Origin: Eledone cirrhosa
Taxonomy: Eukaryota
Assembly: GCA_964016885.1 (NCBI GenBank)
Contig: OZ024740.1
Coordinates: 313,658,001 to 313,722,000, forward strand
Length of the DNA: 64,000 bases
Direction of reading: 5' to 3'
Positions 58,225 through 64,000 of the stretch are shown here, in pieces. Each line of letters begins with the position of its first letter. Position 1 is the first letter of the stretch. The position numbers and the translations under genes are program-made. The notes below the pieces were generated by a model. The model was not told the DNA's origin. It ran no database searches and saw nothing but the letters and a program-made list of their open reading frames with translations.

Positions 58225-58820
58225 AGGGCGGTGGATTGGCAGTATCGATAGAGGGTCGGACGACATGCTTTGACGCATAGAGTTACGGCCCTTGCCATTC
58301 TGAGTTCAAATCCCGCCGGGGTTAACTTTGCCTTTCATCCTTACGGGGTCGATAAAATAAAGTACCAGTAATGCACTGGGTAATTGCTGGCCTTGTGCCA
58401 AAAGTAGAAACAATTATTAAGGGCGGTGGATTGGCAGTATCGGTAGAGGGTCGGACGCCATGCTTTCCAGCATAGTTACGTCCCTTTACGATCTGAGTTC
58501 AAATCCCGCCGAGGTTGACTTTGCCTTTCATCCTTACGGGGTCGATAAAATAAAGTACCAGTAATGCACTGGGAAATTGCTGGCCTTGTGCCTAAAGTAG
58601 AAACAATTATTTTAAGTGGATTGTGAGGGCGGTGGATTGGCAGTATCGGTAGAGGGTCAGACGCCATGCTTTGCAGCAAAGAGTTACGCCCCTTTATGAT
58701 CTGAGTTCAAATCCCGCCGAGGTTAACTTTACCTTTCATCCTTACGGGGTCGATAAAATAAAGTATCAGTAATGTACTGGGTAATTGTTGGCCTTGTGCC
58801 AATAGTAGGAACAATTATTT
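58225..58820 (+). mobile_element. Three head-to-tail Meta-like SINEs
   Basis: gggcggtggattggcagtatcg starts at 58225, 58421 and 58627. Confidence 0.9.
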
Positions 58821-60039
58821 TAAAAAGTCTCTCGCCAGTGTGAAAAATCTTGAAATCTCACATCTACGTACTAAATTCATTGGTCATGTAGGTGACAGAA
58901 AACTGTAGACGTAATGAGTCCAACTCTCAACTGTTATCCATATTGAATCCACTATTCAACTGTTATCGATATTGAGTCCACCTCTGAATATCAAACTGAA
59001 GATTCATGATCGCAATGTAAATCTTTTCATCGGTAAAAGATTCAATAGAAAGAAAATGCTCTGTCGTAAGAGTGTAATATATAAATTGGAAGACCCATTC
59101 CAGTCACACGATATGTGACATTTAGATGCTCAAATAAATACAACTTTATTTAAGGCGAAAAATGCAATATAAACAATTCCTATTGAAATCCAGGCCATAA
59201 CTGTTCTGTGATACGAAACATTTAACGATTAAGACAAGAAAAAATATTTGCTTTGTTGTAATGTATATGGCAGATAGCACTTTATTCAGATTATGTTTAT
59301 TTTAATTCTGAAGAATGGTGCGAAACTTTCCTCTTGTTTGTTCGAGAATGAATGCCTTACGTAAATTTGGACATACATTTTTAAACAAATAAAAGCAACA
59401 ACCACAAAATGCAAGAGAATACACTATGTTGTTTGGAATGGAATCTAACATCCCGACATACATACATCTATCATTACTAAAACGTACAACCACAAAAAAC
59501 CCCCGCTAGCACCACTTCATCTTACATCAAAAACATAAAACACGTTCCATAGAATATATCAGACATTTATTTTCATAGTTTATGGATACTTTGTATTTAA
59601 GATGGCCTCTAATTTCATGCTTACTCGTTGTATTTATATCACAGTAAGAAACACGATAAGCAAGATTAAGGACAAAAATGACAGATCAGTTATAAAATCA
59701 CTGAAATAACTAGTCTTTGTTATTGTAAGTGACATGAGAATTTATCCAAACAAATATTAACATCAGGCTTGCTCGTTACTACATATCATGTAGACATTAT
59801 TCTATATTTTCAATTTTTCTCTTTCGTTCTCTCCCTCTAACGCCCTCTCTCTCTCTCTCCCTCTCTCCCTTTCTCGCCCCCTCTCTCTCTCTCTCTCTTT
59901 TTCTCCTTCTCTCTAATATAAGAGGTGAGCTATCCGAATGGATAAAGATTTCTATCTGCACATGGATCATGATATCAAATACGCTGTTGTCATTTAGTTA
60001 GGTTATTGGTCAAAACCGTTTACATCACTCCTTCACATT

Positions 60040-60622
60040 AGGGCGGTGGAGTGGCAGTGTCGGACAAAAGGATTTGTCGAATTTATTTACGTTCTGAGTT
60101 CAAATCACGCCGAAGTTAGCTTTGCTTTTCATCCTTATAGGGTTGATAAAATAAAATACCAGTAACGCACTGGGGTCGATTTAATCGACTTCTATCCTCT
60201 AAAAATTATTAGCCTTGTGGCTAAATCAGAAATCGTTATTACTCCACACTAGAGCAGCAGATTGGCAGTATTTTTAGTGTTGGTCAATTTAATCGACTTC
60301 ATTCTCTCAAAATTATTACTCCGCACTAGAGCGTGAATTGGCAGTATTTTTAGAATGTTGGACAAAATGACTTGCCACATTTAGTTTCGAATTTCTACGT
60401 TCTCAATACAAATCCCGCCGAGGTTAACTTTGATTTTCATCCTTTCAGGGTCGATAAAAGTACTGGGGACGATATAATCACCTTCACTTTCCCGCCAAAT
60501 TTCTGGTTTTGTGCCATTACTAGAAAAATGTTTGCTTTTCATCCTTACGGGGTTGATAAAATAAAGCACTAGTAATACACTGGGGTAATTGCTGGCCTTG
60601 CGTCAAATGTAGAAACAATTAT
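60040..60622 (+). mobile_element. Decayed tandem Meta-like SINEs
   Basis: Family motifs separated by repeated attact.c.cac/tta. Confidence 0.7.
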
Positions 60623-60931
60623 TACTTCACATTACATCAAATTACCAAGCTTTTGTGAAATGGAATGTCAAGCGACTGTTTCAGTTTCCAACCATAACCC
60701 ACCAGTCGTCTTAGCCTGTTTAACCAGCTACTGGTAATGTAACCTACTATTAAACATTGTACTTCATCATGATGACATCGATGACCAGCAGGTGGACATC
60801 TTGCTCAACCTCTATCTATCTTTCTATCTATCTATCTATCTATCTATCTATAAAGAAACATATCTATCTATCAATAAAGAAAGATTTATCTTTCTATCTT
60901 TCTATCAACAAAGAAAAATAACTATCTATCT

Positions 60932-61019
<88 letters not shown>

Positions 61020-61023
<4 letters not shown>

Positions 61024-61169
61024 GTTAGAGCGTCGGGTTTACAATCTTGGGATTGTGAGTTCGATTTTCCGACCCCGTTTTGCGTTATGTTCTTGAGCAA
61101 GACACTTTATTTCACGTTGCGCCAGTTTACACAGCTGTAGAAATGAGTTCCGACGTCACTGGTGCCAAG
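61020..61169 (+). mobile_element. CORE-like SINE 5' part, interrupted by the hAT element
   Basis: Colinear with the 44960-44612 copy up to gtgccaag. Confidence 0.85.
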
Positions 61170-63801
61170 CAGCGCTGCCGATGACTGTGTGTACGTTCGG
61201 ACGAATTTGCTGTACGTTTTAGTGATCTTGCCATCGGTTTATAAAATTCATGTTTTGACGCATTGATTGAGTGCATTTTCACATACGCGCGTTTCGGAGC
61301 TTCACAAAAATAAAAGCACGTGAGAATGCAGACGAGACTTGTGCATGCAAGCGCGTGTTGACTTATGAGGTCAAGGGCGTCTGTAAAGTTGGGGAAAGTA
61401 TATGTCCAGTTTACCACGCCATATCTGTCATAACGCAGGAATTTTTCTCACAAACTGGTGTAAAAGGTGCGTAAATCTTTTTTCAAAAGTTTGATAGATT
61501 AGATTTAATTTTACAGAGCTAATTTATACAACCACGCCGTATCAGTCTGAACACAAAAGCAGAATTCTTATAACCTACAGTGTAAACAGTATGTGATGTT
61601 TTTGATAGTTTAATTAATTCAAATAAATCTTATAGAATTAACTTGAACCAGATATGAGTGATAGATAACGAACATAAAGCAGCAGATAAAAAGAAGGCTA
61701 GATGGGCATCGTATGAAAGGAAGCTTCCGTCCAAATTGTTGTACGATGAAACATTTTCTTCTTGGTTGGAAGTGGGCAAGAACGATACAACTAAAGGCAA
61801 ATGCATATTTTGCAAATGTGAAATTGCCGGCAGTTTCAGTCAAATTTTACGACATGAGCAGACAGAAAAGCTCCGTAAGAATGCAAAAGAAGCGAACAAA
61901 GCAACGAAACTGACAAATTTTATCCAAGCCTCTTCGTTTTCTTCACACTCCAGGAAAGTAGTATCTGCTGAGTTAAAGTACTGTGTATTTGTTGCTGACC
62001 ATAATCTACCCATCTCTATTTTGGACCACTTGCCTGGCTTTGTTGTAAACGCCTGTCCTGATTCTAAAATCGCCCATGATGTGAAGTGTGCCAGAACAAA
62101 AGGCACATCCATCTTTTCAAACGTCATCGGCCCCTATGGCTTCAACACTTTATTAAAGAAGCTTCATTCGACAAAATTCTCCCTCATCATCGATGAAACA
62201 ACTGATGTTTCAACACTTAAACAACTCATCCTTGTATCCAGATATTACGACGTTGAAATTCAAAAGACTGTCGACGATTGTCTAACTCTTATAGAAATAA
62301 ATGATTACAGTGCTGTGGGTATTTACAACTGTCTTCTATCGTTTTTCAACGAACACGCTGTTGCTTTGGGAAATTTGATAGGTTTCGCCTGTGATAATGC
62401 GAGTGTTATGATGGGCAGCAAAGGAGGCGTCCAGCATTTGTTGAAGCAGACGAGACCAGATCTACTTGTGCAAGCCTGTGTTTGTCATTCATTACACTTA
62501 TGTTCATCAAAAGTGTGCAATGAATTACCAAATTCCGTGGAAGAATTGACAAGAAGTATTTATGCATACTTTAGTCACAGTCCTAAGCGGATCAATGAAT
62601 ACAAAGGTCTGCAGAAAATAGCTTCAATTGATCCTTACAAAATCCTGCAAGAGGTGGCTGTCTCTCAAGCAAATTGTGGAGCGCATTTTAGAGCAGTGGC
62701 CAGCATTTCTGGCATATTTCACCCAAGCAACATTAGAGGATGGGTTCCGTCTACGGCTCGAAGAATTCTCACCGAAATGAAGAATCCTCTTACAAAGATG
62801 TATTTTACATTTCTATCTTTTATTTTAAACGACGCCAACAAACGTAATCTGGAATTCCAGGCCGAAAGCTATCGGATGCATAAACTCAAAAGAGCAATCA
62901 ACGCTGGAATGAAGTGAATTTTGAGCAACTTCATTAAACCTGATTTACTTTCTGTCATCAATGTGTGTGAGATTAATGTCAACGATTCAACGGCACACCA
63001 ACCATTAGATCGTATCTACTTTGGTGCTGTAGCTGAGAGCATTTTACACGACAATTCTACCACCATTGCCCTTGATGAATTGCTGACCTTCCGACAGAAT
63101 ATACTACGATTCTTTGTTTGTCTTTCAAACCAAAGCTAATGCGGTTTTTGTCTTGCAATATGCAGAAAAATTTGGAACTACTTGAGGCGTTAGACCCAAC
63201 CAACGTGATGGAGGGAAGGCCGAGGTCAATAATTCCACTTGTTATGCGATTTCCAAGTCTTTGTGATGAGAAAGATTACGAAGAGATAAATCAGGAATTG
63301 CGCCACCTGACGATTCAAGGTTCTTCCTTTATCCCGCACAACGATCCAGAAAAATTTTGGTTTGTTGTCTCACAAGAGACGTGTGGCGATGAGAACCGTT
63401 ACCCTCTGCTGTCATCTCTTATGCTTAGTCTTCTTTCTTTACTCCACTCCTCCGCAGCGGCTGAAAGTATTTTGTCTGTTCTCCACTCTATTAAAACAAA
63501 GAATCGAAATTGTTTGAAAACTTCCACTCTTAACGCTCTTGTTAGGTCGAAATATTTGTTACGACATGCCGACTGCACGACGTGGGAGCCCGATGAACAT
63601 CTTTGCAAAGCATTATTTGAAAACAATTGGTACAACAGAGAATCTTCTCAGGAAGATGACGTTTCTTTTTGATGCCCTTATGTTTAAATTGTCAATAAAT
63701 GTTATTAACTTCAAAAATATGTATAAAAAGAATGTCTTTGATTGTAATTGGGGGATTTAGTAAAATTCTGTACGTTTTGAAAAAAGCTTTCGGCAGCGCT
63801 G
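61170..63801 (+). mobile_element. Full-length hAT DNA transposon
   Basis: TIR cagcgctgccga (61170-61181) / tcggcagcgctg (63790-63801); 8-bp TSD gtgccaag at 61162-61169 and 63802-63809. Confidence 0.95.
61658..63672 (+). pseudogene. hAT transposase (ZNF862/DUF4371-like), disrupted
   Basis: CIFC..H N-terminal finger, FSLIIDETTD, CDNASVM, CVCHSLHL, RWLS in a shifted frame near 62650, stop at 62915-62917, frameshift near 63130, HSSAAAESILS dimerisation region. Confidence 0.9.
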
Positions 63802-63897
63802 GTGCCAAGCTGTATCGGCCAGTGCCTTTCCCTTGGACAACATCAGTGGCGTTGAGAGGGGAGACTGGTATATATGGGTGACTGCTGGTCTTCCACA
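63802..63897 (+). mobile_element. CORE-like SINE 3' part (continuation of 61020-61169)
   Basis: gtgccaagctgtatcggc...actgctggtcttccaca matches the intact copy. Confidence 0.85.
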
Positions 63898-64000
63898 GTG
63901 TTCTGTATATCACGTGTATATTCTGAAAAAAAAGATATCATCCAATTTCGATGTTTCAACAGACTAGCAAACAATTTTCAAGGAAAGCAGGATTAAATAT

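Noticed and set aside
58225-58320. tRNA genes at SINE heads
   Set aside because: Only A/B boxes, followed by a SINE body; no convincing cloverleaf.

Overview
Repeat-saturated, AT-rich eukaryotic DNA, probably intronic or intergenic sequence from a cephalopod (Octopus-like SINE families; inferred from memory, not searched). No intact host gene is evident, and most ORF-track entries are microsatellite artefacts. Recognisable content: many tRNA-derived SINEs of two families, decayed Tx1/L1, CR1 and RTE LINE fragments, an internally deleted mariner, a Tc1 remnant, a full-length but frameshifted hAT transposon (12-bp TIRs, 8-bp TSD) nested in a SINE, and a 4.6-kb G-rich 27-bp satellite. The main signal is a dense set of short non-coding elements sitting in (TA)n tracts. 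They carry type I hammerhead ribozyme motifs (8 that fold completely by eye, plus many partial or decayed ones), occur as fold-back palindromes or partial tandem repeats, and often share a GAGT(A/G)C motif near the 3' end. This resembles a multi-family Penelope-pLTR/retrozyme-type ribozyme retroelement system. All folds and coordinates were read by eye and need computational confirmation.
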